A stretch of 64,000 bases of DNA from an uncultured Gemmatimonadaceae bacterium (GCA_964518955.1 CAZFHS010000021.1:31058-95057); one strand, 5' to 3'; positions 47,164 to 58,101 are shown, counted from the stretch's first letter. Notes: a model not told the origin generated them from the sequence alone. Numbers and translations are program-made.

Positions 47164-50100
47164 TCAGGGAGATTTTGGGTCATACGCGAGGTTGGGGGCC
47201 AGCCAGCGTTCTACCTCGGCAATTTCCATTTCTTTGCGGTCCGCGTAATCCTCGATTTGATCGCGCGCGATCCGGCCCAGGCCAAAGTACTTGGATTTCG
47301 GATGCGCGAAGTACCAGCCACTCACGGACGAGGCAGGGTACATGGCACAGGATTCCGTCAGCGATATGTCAATGCTGCCTGTCGCCCCTAGGAGATCGAA
47401 TAGCATGATCTTCTCGCTGTGATCCGGACAAGCTGGGTAACCCGGTGCAGGGCGAATTCCGAGATATTCTTCTCTGATTAGTTCCTCATTGGTGAACGTC
47501 TCTTCGGCAGCGAACCCCCAATGCTCTTTTCTAATTTTCTCGTGCAGTCTCTCGGCAAAGGCCTCTGCGAGCCGGTCTGCCAGAGCTTTGCTCAACACGC
47601 TCATGTAGTCGTCCATATCCGCTTCGAACTCGGCGCAGAGTTCTTCAATCCCTATACCGGCAGTCACTGCGAATGCGCCAACGTAATCGTGAACCCCGGT
47701 GGACTTCGGTGCGACGAAGTCGGCTAGGCACCAGTTCGGTCTGCCTTTCGGCTTGGCTATCTGCTGTCGCAAGTGATGGGCAACGGCAAGCACCTCGGCC
47801 CTGTCAGCATCCGCATATATCTCGACATCGTCCCCACCTACGCTGTTGGCCGGGAAAAGCCCGAATGTACCCTTCGCGGATAGGAGTTTCTCACTGGCTA
47901 TGCGATCCACCAACGCTTGAGCGTCTTCATAGAGCTTCCTAGCGATTTCTCCGGTCGTAGGGTCATCGAGGTTGCCTGGGAACCGGCCCTTCATCCCCCA
48001 TGCCTTCAAGAGCGGTCCCCAGTCGATGTAATCGACTAGCTCTCTAATGGGGTAGTCGTCGAACACCTCCACACCGAGTTTCTCAGGACGGGGGGGAGCG
48101 TAGCCGTCCCACTCGATCCGCACCGCATTGTCCCGCGCGGCAGTCAGAGGGATAGTCGCCTTTCCGCTCATGCGCGCCATTCGTGAGATCCGCAACTTGT
48201 CGTATTCACGGCGGACGTCCTTCACGAAACCGTCTCTGACTTGTGGGGTCAGCAAGCTCCGGACAATGCCGACACTCTGTGATGCATCAACTACGTGCAC
48301 AGTCGGGCCACTGTACTGAGGCTCGATTCTCGTTGCTGTATGGGCTTGGGAGGTCGTAGCACCGCCGATCAGCAGCGGTATGTCGAGGCCTGCGTATTCT
48401 AGCTCTTGCGCCACGTGAGCCATCTCGTCGAGTGAGGGAGTAATGAGTCCGCTCAACCCGACTGCATCTGCGAACTCCCTTCGGGCGGTCTCTATGATCT
48501 TCTCGGCCGTCACCATGACGCCGAGGTCGATGATTTCGTAGTTATTGCACCCCAGAACAACGCCGACGATGTTTTTGCCGATATCGTGCACGTCACCCTT
48601 GACGGTTGCGAGCACCAGTTTGCCCTCGAACTTGTGCACAGACCCGTCGCGGTCGCGCTCTTTTTCAATGAAAGGGGTGAGGTAGCCCACGGCCTTCTTC
48701 ATCACGCGCGCGGACTTGAGAACCTGGGGCAGGAACATCTTCCCACTGCCGAACAGGTCGCCAACCCTGTTCATGCCCTTCATCAGAGGGCCCTCGATTA
48801 CATCCAGAGGGCGCTCGGCAGCCTTCCGTGCTTCTTCCACGTCTGCTTCGATGTGATCGAGGATTCCTTCAGTGAGGGCATGCGACAGCCTCTTCTCGAC
48901 TGGAAGCGATCGCCACTCCGGATCTTCTCTCGCTTCGCCCTGCTTTTCCTTCAGCGTGTTGGCTAACTGAACCAAACGATCTGTCGCGTCTGGCCTGCGG
49001 TCGAATAGAACGTCCTCCACTGCAATGAGGAGGTCTTCAGGAATGTCATCGTAAACCGCGAGTTGCCCCGCGTTCACGATGCCCATGTCCATGCCCGCGT
49101 TTGTTGCGTGATACAGGAATGAAGCGTGCATCGCTTCGCGAACTGTGTTGTTGCCACGGAAAGAAAACGAAACGTTGCTGAGACCACCGCTAACCAACGC
49201 TCGCGGCAACGTATCTTTGATCGTTCTGCATGCTTCGATGTATGCGATCGCATACTGGTTGTGCTCTTCAATTCCCGTCGCAACGGCAAAGATGTTCGGG
49301 TCGAGGATTATGTCTTCTGGCGGAAACCCGACTTTTTCGGTGAGGATCCGATATGCCCTCGTGCAGATTTCGATTTTGCGTTCGAGTGTATCGGCTTGTC
49401 CGGTTTCGTCAAATGCCATGACGATCACAGCGGCGCCATATCTTCTGATCTCGGTGGCTTGGTGTACGAAGGTTTCCTCTCCCTCTTTGAGGCTGATCGA
49501 GTTCACAACTCCTTTTCCTTGGAGGCACTTCAGACCCGCCTCGATGACAGACCATTTTGACGAATCGATCATAACCGGTACCCTGCTGATGTCGGGTTCG
49601 GATGCGATCAGATTTAGAAACGTCGTCATAGCGGTCTCTGAATCGAGCATCGCCTCATCCATATTCACATCGATCATCTGAGCGCCGTTCATCACTTGTT
49701 GACGACCGACGTCGAGGGCGGTCTCGTAATCTCCCTCCTTTATGAGACGCTTGAACTTGGCGGATCCGGCGACGTTGGTGCGTTCGCCGATGTTCGTGAA
49801 AAGGCTGTCGGGGCCGAGAGTGAGGGGCTCCAGCCCGGAGAGGCGTGTATGCGGATCTATCGCAGGCACCTCCCTCGGAGGGATTCCGGAAACCGCATCA
49901 ACGACTGCAGCAATGTGATCAGGTGTCGTACCGCAACATCCGCCTACGATGTTCAGAAAGCCGCTCCGGGCGAATTCGCCTAGTATGTCTGCGGTCTCTG
50001 CCGGAGTCTGGTCGTATCCGCCCAATTCGTTGGGCAGGCCGGCGTTTGGATGGCTGCTGGTGAGTGTGTCGCAGATGACCGAGAGCTCGTCGATGTGCGG

Positions 50101-50877
50101 TCTCAGCTCTTTGGCTCCGAGAGCGCAGTTCAACCCCACGCAAAACGGATTGGCGTGCCGAATGGAATGCCAGAATGCTTGGACCGTTTGCCCCGACAAT
50201 GTGCGGCCGCTTGCATCCGTAATGGTCCCGGAAATCCAGATTGGTATCTGGATGCCTCGTTCGTCCAATAGCTTCGTTGTGGCAAAGAGTGCTGCCTTGC
50301 AGTTCAGCGTGTCGAAGATCGTCTCGATCAACAGTAGATCGGCGCCGCCCTCGATCAGGCCCTCGGCTTGTTCGGCGTATGCCTCAACCAGCTGGTCGAA
50401 TGTGATATTCCTGCAACCTGGGTCGTTCACGTCCGGTGAAATGGAAGCAGTGCGGTTTGTCGGCCCAATGCTGCCGGCCACGAACCTCGGCTTGGAAGGA
50501 TCCATTTCGGTAAAGCGGTCAGCAGCGTCGCGTGCAACCTTCGCGGCGGCGTAGTTGATTGCCTTCGAGGATCCTTCTGTACCGTAATCCGACTGCGAAA
50601 CTGCGGATCCACCGAAACTGTTCGTGCCGATTATGTCGGCTCCAGCTTCGAGATACGCGGTGTGAATGGCTTCAATGACATCGGGACGGGTTATGGAAAG
50701 CAAGTCGTTGTTGCCGACAAGTGGCTGCGGGTGGTCGCCGTAGCCGCCGCCGCGAAAATCGTCCTCAGAGAGACTGTACTCCTGTATCATCGTGCCCATT
50801 GCGCCGTCGAGCACCAGAATGCGATTTGCCGCTGCCTCTGCCAGCAAATCGGCACGTGAACCGGTTGTCCTGGCCAT
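47164..50877 (-). CDS. metH: Cobalamin-dependent methionine synthase
   Basis: [52 protein letters not shown]. Confidence 0.98.
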   Translation of the reverse strand: MARTTGSRADLLAEAAANRILVLDGAMGTMIQEYSLSEDDFRGGGYGDHPQPLVGNNDLLSITRPDVIEAIHTAYLEAGADIIGTNSFGGSAVSQSDYGTEGSSKAINYAAAKVARDAADRFTEMDPSKPRFVAGSIGPTNRTASISPDVNDPGCRNITFDQLVEAYAEQAEGLIEGGADLLLIETIFDTLNCKAALFATTKLLDERGIQIPIWISGTITDASGRTLSGQTVQAFWHSIRHANPFCVGLNCALGAKELRPHIDELSVICDTLTSSHPNAGLPNELGGYDQTPAETADILGEFARSGFLNIVGGCCGTTPDHIAAVVDAVSGIPPREVPAIDPHTRLSGLEPLTLGPDSLFTNIGERTNVAGSAKFKRLIKEGDYETALDVGRQQVMNGAQMIDVNMDEAMLDSETAMTTFLNLIASEPDISRVPVMIDSSKWSVIEAGLKCLQGKGVVNSISLKEGEETFVHQATEIRRYGAAVIVMAFDETGQADTLERKIEICTRAYRILTEKVGFPPEDIILDPNIFAVATGIEEHNQYAIAYIEACRTIKDTLPRALVSGGLSNVSFSFRGNNTVREAMHASFLYHATNAGMDMGIVNAGQLAVYDDIPEDLLIAVEDVLFDRRPDATDRLVQLANTLKEKQGEAREDPEWRSLPVEKRLSHALTEGILDHIEADVEEARKAAERPLDVIEGPLMKGMNRVGDLFGSGKMFLPQVLKSARVMKKAVGYLTPFIEKERDRDGSVHKFEGKLVLATVKGDVHDIGKNIVGVVLGCNNYEIIDLGVMVTAEKIIETARREFADAVGLSGLITPSLDEMAHVAQELEYAGLDIPLLIGGATTSQAHTATRIEPQYSGPTVHVVDASQSVGIVRSLLTPQVRDGFVKDVRREYDKLRISRMARMSGKATIPLTAARDNAVRIEWDGYAPPRPEKLGVEVFDDYPIRELVDYIDWGPLLKAWGMKGRFPGNLDDPTTGEIARKLYEDAQALVDRIASEKLLSAKGTFGLFPANSVGGDDVEIYADADRAEVLAVAHHLRQQIAKPKGRPNWCLADFVAPKSTGVHDYVGAFAVTAGIGIEELCAEFEADMDDYMSVLSKALADRLAEAFAERLHEKIRKEHWGFAAEETFTNEELIREEYLGIRPAPGYPACPDHSEKIMLFDLLGATGSIDISLTESCAMYPASSVSGWYFAHPKSKYFGLGRIARDQIEDYADRKEMEIAEVERWLAPNLAYDPKSP

Positions 50878-50899
50878 TGTCCGCTTCCCTCCTACTCAT

Positions 50900-50940
50900 A
50901 AAAAAAGCCCCGTCGCCAGTGACTCCGGAGGAGGCTTTTT
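50900..50940 (-). terminator. Riboswitch expression-platform terminator
   Basis: Minus strand AAAAAGCCTC...GGGGCTTTTTTT, just upstream of the metH RBS (AGGAGG). Confidence 0.65.
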
Positions 50941-50985
50941 AGCGACTTGTTTAACGTGGCTGCAATATGCCGCAACTCACCACGT
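50936..50985 (-). ncRNA. SAM-II (SAM_alpha-like) riboswitch aptamer
   Basis: Minus strand CGTGGTGAGTTGCGGCATATTGCAGCCACGTTAAACAAGTCGCTAAAAAG: P1 CGTGG/CCACG, TTGC, GAGTTG/CAAGTC pseudoknot, GCTAAA tail; in the metH leader. Confidence 0.8.
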
Positions 50986-51020
50986 GATACGGTTGTACGC
51001 GAAATGTACGACGTGTCGGT

Positions 51021-51287
51021 TCAAATTCCCAGAGCGGTCTTCAACCTCCCTGGCTCCACTCCGTCGATCTTGATGTGTTTCCTACGTCCCGTCGCACCGC
51101 TGGCAATTTCTACCGCATTGCGTGGGACACCGACTACCTTGGACAGAAACCGTATCAACTCCTCGTTCGCCGCACCATCTACAGGCGGGGCCTTGAGCCT
51201 GATTTTGACTGCATCACCATGCCAACCAACGACCTCGGTCTTGCCGGAGCGCGGCTGAACCTGGACCCAAACCGATGCTGCCGGCAT
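51021..51287 (-). CDS. yggU: DUF167/UPF0235 protein
   Basis: VQVQPRS, KIRLKAPPVDGAANEELIRFL, SGATGRRK; TGATG overlap with yggT. Confidence 0.88.
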   Translation of the reverse strand: MPAASVWVQVQPRSGKTEVVGWHGDAVKIRLKAPPVDGAANEELIRFLSKVVGVPRNAVEIASGATGRRKHIKIDGVEPGRLKTALGI

Positions 51288-51853
51288 CAGATGAATCCCA
51301 TTATGAGTCTCAGTGCGATCATGATCAGAAACCACGCCACCAGCGGCGTGATATCGATCCTCCCAATCGGAGGGACAATCTTCCTCAAGGGCTCGACAAT
51401 CCAATCAGTGAGCACATATGCCGGTCGCATCCAGCGATTGAAGCGGCCAACCCCAAACCAGGAACCAATGACTCTGGCGAACAGGGCAAACATCAAAATC
51501 CTGCCGGCGAAATCGATCGACAGGCGCAAGACGCCGCGAGGGCCGGCGCGACCGGCCATGGAAATTCTCGCCGCCTGAATCACAGCCCATTCGCTGAGCG
51601 TGATGACCACTATCCCGCCCACGATGCTGGCGCCGAGAATCCACCATCCCGCATTTCGAGGATTTCCACCGCGCCGCCGCAGCCAATGTTCAACCGGTTC
51701 CAGAACAGGGTCGGTGAGTCTGCGGATCGTCTGGCCCAGTTTGCTGAACGGGTTGATGCGGCGCGTCATCACGGCCCAAGATCCAAATGCTACGAGCCCG
51801 CAGATCACGAAGATCCCGAAGACCAATCCGCGTATCAGATCGAGTATCAACAT
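51287..51853 (-). CDS. yggT: YggT family membrane protein (two repeats)
   Basis: INPF...IRRLTDPVLEP and LTDWIVEPLRKIVPPIGRIDITPLV. Confidence 0.88.
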   Translation of the reverse strand: MLILDLIRGLVFGIFVICGLVAFGSWAVMTRRINPFSKLGQTIRRLTDPVLEPVEHWLRRRGGNPRNAGWWILGASIVGGIVVITLSEWAVIQAARISMAGRAGPRGVLRLSIDFAGRILMFALFARVIGSWFGVGRFNRWMRPAYVLTDWIVEPLRKIVPPIGRIDITPLVAWFLIMIALRLIMGFI

Positions 51854-51932
51854 GTAACCAAGCGTTTCCCCATGAATTGTTCAGAAACACACATCCAACA
51901 ATCATAACGCGTATTGGCACTAGATTGTTTTC

Positions 51933-53741
51933 ATGGGCATGCTCCGGAGGGTAGGGCGCCGTGCGTTCAGGAGAACGCGTCGGTTACTCGGCGCACCGCG
52001 CACGAGCTTCGTGTACCATCCGGCATACGAGTATGTGCTGCCGGGCGTGCCGTTCGATCCGCTGCGCGCGCAGCGCACATTGGCCTATCTGTATGACGAA
52101 GGTCTGATTGACGCGTCCGAACTCGTGCGTCCCATTCCAGCCTCGCTAAAGCAGATATCTCGTGTGCATTCTGCGGAATACTTGGAGGACATCGACTTGC
52201 CCGAGACGATGGAATCTGTCCTCGGCTATCGTACAGACGCGGACACGTGGCAGGAGTTTGTAGACGCGCAGCGTACCACTGCCGGTGGGACTATCGAAGC
52301 GACACGGTTGGTTCTCCGAACCGGAGGTTTGGCAGTCAACCTCTGTGGTGGATTCCATCATGCCCTTCCTGACAGGGGATTGGGCTTTTGTGTTCTCAAC
52401 GACGTTGCCATCGCCGTGGCATGGGCGAGGTCGAAAGGTTTCGACGAACCGATTTTGATTGTCGATCTCGACCTGCATGACGGCAACGGAACACGTGCAG
52501 CATTTGCAGCGGATTCGTCTGTGCACACCTTTTCCATACACAACGATACTTGGGATTCTCGCACAGCGGTTGCGGACACACAGATAGCTCTGGGGCCTGA
52601 TGTCACGGACGACCAGTACCTGGCAGTTCTGCTGCAAGAGTTGCCTCCCGTGGTCGAATCGCATGCTCCCGGGTTCGTGGTCTTCATTGCTGGGTGCGAT
52701 GTAGCCGCGGAAGATCGGCTGGGTAACTGGCAGGTATCCGCCGCCGGTTTGCTTCAACGCGACAAGTATGTCATCAATACCCTCAGGGCGGCCCGGCGGC
52801 CCACACCGACTGCAATTCTATTGGGGGGAGGTTACGGAGATGTTGCGTGGCGCCATTCCGCCCGTTCACTCGCTTGGATGTTGTCAGGTCGCGATTTCGA
52901 TCCCACCGAAGACGTGGATGCGATTGTCAGGCGATTCCGACGGATCGAAAGCGAAGCTCCCACGAAGTCACGGTCCGTTCAAGGTCTATCCGGAATCGCT
53001 GATTGGAGTCTGAGCGAAGAAGATCTGCAACTCATGGTGCCTCCGGAAAACCGGGATACGAAAATCCTGGGAGAGTATACTCGGCACGGCATCGAGTTGA
53101 CGCTGGAGCGATTGAGTATTCTCAATCAGGTGCGCGCTAAAGGGTTCACGCATCCCTCAGTCACAGTCCAGCTAGCATCGTCGTTGGGTCACACACTACG
53201 CATGTATGGCGACGCCGATCGGCAGGATCTTCTCATGGAACTCAGGGTGCGGCGCGATAAAACCACCCTGAGTGGAATGGAGTTCTTATACGCTGAGTGG
53301 CTGTTGCTCCAGAATCCACGCAACCGGTTCAGCGAGGACCGCCCGCGCCTACCTGGGCAGGAACATCCGGGGTTGGGATTGTTGCCGGAGATAGTTGCCT
53401 TGATGGTGGTGATGTGCGAACGAATTGGGTTGGACGGAATAATGTTCGTGCCCGCTCACTACTACATGGCAGCACTGGGCCGTCGCCATCTCGTGTTCGT
53501 CCGCCCAGAAGATGCCAGATCCTTCGCAGCAATGCGCAGTGCCGTATCAGGGCTAGCGCTTGCTGAAGCGACGATGGCCATCGAAGAGGGTAGAGTCGTA
53601 GACCAGGCCACTCGGGAAGCCGTTGCCTGGCACACGCCCCTGATGGTACTACCGGTCAACGAAGAATTGCGGGATAGCCTTGCCGCAGTGGAACAGGAAT
53701 TGAACGCCCTGCCGAAGTACGAATTGGTGGATGGTCGGTGA
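51933..53741 (+). CDS. Zn-dependent histone-deacetylase family protein with a C-terminal GNAT-like domain
   Basis: GGFHHA, GFCVLND, DLDLHDGNG, SIH, GCD, GGGY; extra ~280 aa containing EWLLLQNP...LPGQEHPGLGLL...GLDGIMF. Confidence 0.88.
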   Translation: MGMLRRVGRRAFRRTRRLLGAPRTSFVYHPAYEYVLPGVPFDPLRAQRTLAYLYDEGLIDASELVRPIPASLKQISRVHSAEYLEDIDLPETMESVLGYRTDADTWQEFVDAQRTTAGGTIEATRLVLRTGGLAVNLCGGFHHALPDRGLGFCVLNDVAIAVAWARSKGFDEPILIVDLDLHDGNGTRAAFAADSSVHTFSIHNDTWDSRTAVADTQIALGPDVTDDQYLAVLLQELPPVVESHAPGFVVFIAGCDVAAEDRLGNWQVSAAGLLQRDKYVINTLRAARRPTPTAILLGGGYGDVAWRHSARSLAWMLSGRDFDPTEDVDAIVRRFRRIESEAPTKSRSVQGLSGIADWSLSEEDLQLMVPPENRDTKILGEYTRHGIELTLERLSILNQVRAKGFTHPSVTVQLASSLGHTLRMYGDADRQDLLMELRVRRDKTTLSGMEFLYAEWLLLQNPRNRFSEDRPRLPGQEHPGLGLLPEIVALMVVMCERIGLDGIMFVPAHYYMAALGRRHLVFVRPEDARSFAAMRSAVSGLALAEATMAIEEGRVVDQATREAVAWHTPLMVLPVNEELRDSLAAVEQELNALPKYELVDGR

Positions 53742-53744
53742 CGC

Positions 53745-54695
53745 CTATCGACAGAAAGTGACGAGGGCCGACATCACTTCGCGTTCGGTCGTTCCTCCCG
53801 TCGGCCGGTTCAAGAGCGAACCATCAACGACCAACGTCGACGAACCGCCCCCGTCCAGATTCATCGCATCTACCGCGCCGACATCTCTCATCATGGCTGC
53901 CAACTCCTCGAGGTAAACACCTCTACTAACGTCCTGCCTTCCGTCGACGACCATGATGATGAGAGCGCCCTCAGCAGTTCTGCCCGCCGCTGAGCGGGGA
54001 TGCACATTCGGTATTGAAGATCCGAAGAAGACCTCCTCGTCTGCGGTGATGTGCACCCGACCGCCCATTATCAGTGCAGGACCAGCCGACAAAGCGTCAC
54101 GCACTGCCCATTCGGATGCGTTCAGGTATTCGATTGAATCTGCGGGCTGACCGGGTCGGTGGGCTGGTGGTTCGGGCCACTGATAGACGATGCGATCCAG
54201 GGTTGTCACCCAGGCGATCATTACCTCGTCCTCCGCAAAACCGATTGCTGCACGCACTGCCTGATACTGCACGGAATCTCGGGTAACTGTCCTCGTAGCC
54301 GGCTCTATGAGGATGCCGTCGGTTTGCAGCAGTCCACCGTGTCTCGCCGGGGTCGCACTCATGTTGAAGTAGCCGCCGTTCACGGCAACGCACGCGCCCA
54401 AGTCGCGAGCAAAGCTGGAGACAGTCTCGCGGTTGTCAGTATCGTCGTCCGACATCACCACCTGGGTGGTGATTGCCGGATCGGACTCGTCAATGTGAAC
54501 GTACCAAGCTCTCAGCGGCAGTGCGTCGTTGACGCCCGAATAGGCTTGCACACCCGATGGCAGGTTTTGGTTTATTGACGTCAAGGGCTGCCAGTCTATC
54601 TGAACGTGGGAGACCGGCAACGGCGGCGCATCGCATGCTGATACGGACAGGAGCAGGGTCGTTCCTAAGAACAACCGCCTACAATGAAGGCCCAT
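53745..54695 (-). CDS. Phosphodiester glycosidase (NAGPA-like) lipoprotein
   Basis: Lipobox VSAC; AVNGGYF, HPRSAAG, VDGRQ..SRG, AMNLDGGGSST; start re-called to ATG 54695. Confidence 0.88.
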   Translation of the reverse strand: MGLHCRRLFLGTTLLLSVSACDAPPLPVSHVQIDWQPLTSINQNLPSGVQAYSGVNDALPLRAWYVHIDESDPAITTQVVMSDDDTDNRETVSSFARDLGACVAVNGGYFNMSATPARHGGLLQTDGILIEPATRTVTRDSVQYQAVRAAIGFAEDEVMIAWVTTLDRIVYQWPEPPAHRPGQPADSIEYLNASEWAVRDALSAGPALIMGGRVHITADEEVFFGSSIPNVHPRSAAGRTAEGALIIMVVDGRQDVSRGVYLEELAAMMRDVGAVDAMNLDGGGSSTLVVDGSLLNRPTGGTTEREVMSALVTFCR

Positions 54696-57019
54696 CACCG
54701 GGCTCCGCTCACTTCCAATCCCGAGAGCCTTATGGCGACCACCGAATGCGCTGGCAGGTGCAGTTGGATAGAGCCGTCGGCTCTCAGCGATTGCTGTTCC
54801 AAGTACCGCTCTAGAAAATCGACGGTCTCTGCGTTTCTGAAGCTCAGAACTCCCGGCCCAACAGAAACTGTGCGCGAAACGCCGAGTGTCTCCTGGACGT
54901 ATGCGATAGCGCCATAACCATCCGACGCGGGCTGCACACCGAGGACGGCAACTCCGACCTGCTCGATCGTGAACAAAGCGCCGTATCTTGGCATTACGTT
55001 CCTGCCGTTGGGTTCTACTCGGGCGATCGCCATCGGTTCGGAATCCCATCCGAAGATCCAGGGCATATCCTGACTGGAGTACCTAGGCAGTGGAGCCAAT
55101 CGGTAGCGTGAAATTCCGCGCGGCGCCAGGCTGGTGAGCGTCGCATCGACATCGACCGAGACAAGTGGAGCATCGTATCCGCGAAACATCATCGTTCCGT
55201 CACTGCCCGCGAGGCTCACCCACCGAATGTGCTCCAATATTGATATCGGCAATGGCGCCGTGTCGCGTCCTGCGGGTACCTCCCACACAACTTCCGGCTC
55301 CTCAACTGCAAAGTGAAAATGGTAAGATGTTTCCCGCTGACCGGCCGGGTCTGACTCGTTGCTCAAACAGATCCGAGGAAGTTCATCGTACAGAGTTATG
55401 GTGCTCGTGAACGCCCCGATGCTCGGTGCTCTTCGCGAGATCACGAGCCTGGTTGCTACTCCGGCCAGGCGCTGGGTCGACACACGAAGCAATCGAGCAT
55501 CCCGCACAGCGTTCAATCCCTCCGAGTCCGGCCGCACCCACTCCTTGCCTTCGTTCAACTGCACCAACGACGAAATCGCGCCGGAAGTCCTGTCTACCGT
55601 TACACGAAGCTGCTCCCCTGCCGCCGAATACGTGGATACAACGGATTCCCAGGCATTCGTGTCACCTGTGATAGCTTGATCGGGGAAGAACGCATACCCT
55701 AAGCCCGGCACATTTGTCGCCAACCGCTCTGAGCCATCACTCATGCGCACCAGGTCTGAGTGCTGGTAGGGAGACGGGTTCAATACGATTGTACCGGCCA
55801 CCGCCGTCGAAACGAATGGAGCTACTGCGTCGAGTTCGGTCAGCTCTTGGCCGACAGCATTTGCGAGCACTTTCCCCAGATTCTCGGTTCTCTGTCGCGC
55901 ATGGTTCGTGCGCGCATTCTTCATCCTCCCGCGGTCGATTTCCAGTGCTGACTGCGGCGGCTGAATCGATACGGGTTCGGACACCGATGTGCTTGTCGTG
56001 CGTTCTTCGATGTCGTCGAAGAGAACCTGATGATTGCCTACGACAACCCGGGGGTACGCAAACCTGGAGTTCCAGGTGGACACCGCTGCGAGAGTTGCGG
56101 GCAGCGCATCGTCAGCGTTGGAATTCAAGACCACTGCGGTACCGGAATCATCATCAGGAGAAAACCGGAGCGCTGTAGATTTCAGCCATTCTTCAACGCG
56201 CCCGGTCATGTCGTTCTGATTCAGGTCAAAACCCAGAGCCGCTGGTGTACTCCCCTGGGGTACCGAAACAACGAGAATCCGCGACCCGCCTGGCACTTTC
56301 CACCACCGGTAGGGCTCACCGTCCACCTGCTCCCTCAGCAGAACGCTGACACCCGCCCCTGCCAGGGCAAGAGCACCTGTGTTGGGAAGATGTGTCCCGG
56401 GTGGAAGGTACGCGGCGGCACCTACCGGAATCGCAAAGTCTCGTTCTACTGTGAGTGCTCGTTCCGCCATTCTGAGGAATGGAATGTGTTCCTTGGTGGA
56501 ATGGCCGGAACTTCGAATCGGATTCAGAGTAACCGCCGAATCTCGGTAAAGTGCGGTTTGGACGGCTCTATGAACGGTGCGAAGGCCCGACAGCGTACCA
56601 GCGATTGAGTCAGGATCCGCAACGGTCATGAGGTGAATGGTCCACCGGCGCCCTGGTGCGAGTCTGTGCGTTGTACGAAACGGTCCGCGCAAACCCGGTG
56701 CCTCCAATTCGGACACAGCACGAGTAGCACCCTCGAGTTGCATCCAGAGTTCACCGTAGAGATTGTCGCCCGTACGCAGTAGCCCGGCGGTACCCAGCAG
56801 CTGGCGGCTTCGGTCGAAAACGCGGAGACGAGCAGCCGGCGCATCGATGCCACTCACCACGAACCGCACGAGGTTTCTCGCGCCGTCAGGATGTGCAAAG
56901 AACACGGTCGGGTTGGCATCAACGCTCAAGGAGTTGCTGGGTTCACCCGGCCAATTTGGCCGAGCGAGCCATACACCTGCAGCCGAGAGTGTTGTGATGA
57001 ATCGTCTACGGTCAGTCAC
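54695..57019 (-). CDS. Tat-exported GH38 (alpha-mannosidase)-like protein lacking the catalytic motif
   Basis: DRRRFIT Tat motif; RRWTIHL, WWKVPGGSRILV, WNSRFAYPRV, VLNPSP..SDLV, VDRTSGAISSL; no H-x-D Zn motif after WTIHL. Confidence 0.7.
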   Translation of the reverse strand: MTDRRRFITTLSAAGVWLARPNWPGEPSNSLSVDANPTVFFAHPDGARNLVRFVVSGIDAPAARLRVFDRSRQLLGTAGLLRTGDNLYGELWMQLEGATRAVSELEAPGLRGPFRTTHRLAPGRRWTIHLMTVADPDSIAGTLSGLRTVHRAVQTALYRDSAVTLNPIRSSGHSTKEHIPFLRMAERALTVERDFAIPVGAAAYLPPGTHLPNTGALALAGAGVSVLLREQVDGEPYRWWKVPGGSRILVVSVPQGSTPAALGFDLNQNDMTGRVEEWLKSTALRFSPDDDSGTAVVLNSNADDALPATLAAVSTWNSRFAYPRVVVGNHQVLFDDIEERTTSTSVSEPVSIQPPQSALEIDRGRMKNARTNHARQRTENLGKVLANAVGQELTELDAVAPFVSTAVAGTIVLNPSPYQHSDLVRMSDGSERLATNVPGLGYAFFPDQAITGDTNAWESVVSTYSAAGEQLRVTVDRTSGAISSLVQLNEGKEWVRPDSEGLNAVRDARLLRVSTQRLAGVATRLVISRRAPSIGAFTSTITLYDELPRICLSNESDPAGQRETSYHFHFAVEEPEVVWEVPAGRDTAPLPISILEHIRWVSLAGSDGTMMFRGYDAPLVSVDVDATLTSLAPRGISRYRLAPLPRYSSQDMPWIFGWDSEPMAIARVEPNGRNVMPRYGALFTIEQVGVAVLGVQPASDGYGAIAYVQETLGVSRTVSVGPGVLSFRNAETVDFLERYLEQQSLRADGSIQLHLPAHSVVAIRLSGLEVSGAR

Positions 57020-57091
57020 GGTGCATTAATCTATGCAGGAAACAGGTCCGCTGGGCCCAACACTTGGCCTCGCACCTCGGTATCTTCGATC

Positions 57092-57793
57092 ATGATCGAT
57101 ACTGTTCTGCTCGACGGCGACGACACCCTTTGGCACAACGAGCCGTTGTTTGCCGAGATGACGACCCGATTTTTAACCTTGCTCGCTCCCTATCACTCGA
57201 CCGAGTGGATACAGGAACGTCTTTACGATACGGAAGTCCGCAACCTTCGCTATTACGGTTACGGGATCAAGAGTTTCGTGCTGTCGATGATCGAAACCGC
57301 CATCGAGCTCACCGAAGGCCGGATAGGCGGGGCGGAAATCGCTGTCGTGCTGGAGTTTGGCAAGGAGATGCTCGAAGCACCCGTCAGTTTGTTGGACCAT
57401 GTCGAGGATGTGGTCGCCAGCATGGCAAACGGGCACCGGCTGATTCTGGTTACCAAGGGTGACCTCTTCGACCAAGAATCGAAGCTCGCCCGATCGGGGC
57501 TCGCGGAGCTCTTCGATGCCATAGAGATTGTGGCCGAAAAGTCAGTTACGACTTACCGGGCTATCGCTTCTAGGCACGACATCGACATCGCCACAGCCGT
57601 GATGGTAGGGGACTCTCTGAAATCAGACATCCTTCCCATAGCGGAGATTGGTGGCAACGCTATTCACGTTCCCTACGGCACCACCTGGGAACACGAAACC
57701 GTTCCCGACGAGGTGCTCAGCGCGTACAAGTACCGAACGGCCATCGACATCCGTGAGGTACCTGCTATAATCGGCGAAATGGACGATGCCTGA
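57092..57793 (+). CDS. HAD superfamily hydrolase
   Basis: DGDDTLWHNE, VTKGD, EK, MVGDSLKSDI; start re-called. Confidence 0.9.
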   Translation: MIDTVLLDGDDTLWHNEPLFAEMTTRFLTLLAPYHSTEWIQERLYDTEVRNLRYYGYGIKSFVLSMIETAIELTEGRIGGAEIAVVLEFGKEMLEAPVSLLDHVEDVVASMANGHRLILVTKGDLFDQESKLARSGLAELFDAIEIVAEKSVTTYRAIASRHDIDIATAVMVGDSLKSDILPIAEIGGNAIHVPYGTTWEHETVPDEVLSAYKYRTAIDIREVPAIIGEMDDA

Positions 57794-57795
57794 AC

Positions 57796-58101
57796 TTACC
57801 CTTCCAGCTCCTTCATCAGTCGGGAAAACTGTTTGTATGGAATGGCGGTCCAGCTCTCCGCGCGGGAGGCCCCGCAGGATTGTGTTATCAAAGACACCTT
57901 GGCGGCGGCTTCCTCGTTAGGTGCCTCGAATACGTCCAGATAATCCCATGGACTTAGAATGGTGTAGTGGCTGATGAACTTGACCTCGGGGCACTTCTGC
58001 TTGACGAGGTCGAACCAAGAGTGCCCTTCCTCTTCGTAGTGGTGGAATTTTTTTGTGGTTGCCTCGGGTGAAAGCCGTGTTGCGAGGATGTAGGTTGGCA
58101 T
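57796..58101 (-). CDS. GYD domain protein
   Basis: MPTYIL..R, PWDYLDVFEAP.EEAAAK, ESWTAIP. Confidence 0.8.
   Translation of the reverse strand: MPTYILATRLSPEATTKKFHHYEEEGHSWFDLVKQKCPEVKFISHYTILSPWDYLDVFEAPNEEAAAKVSLITQSCGASRAESWTAIPYKQFSRLMKELEG

Noticed and set aside
50905-50935. CACTGGCGA resembling the ZTP (pfl) riboswitch core
   Set aside because: The rest of the pfl consensus is absent; the segment is explained as the SAM-II expression platform.
51012-51035. GGTTCAAATTCC resembling a tRNA T-loop
   Set aside because: No acceptor, D or anticodon stems; it overlaps the yggU stop on the other strand.
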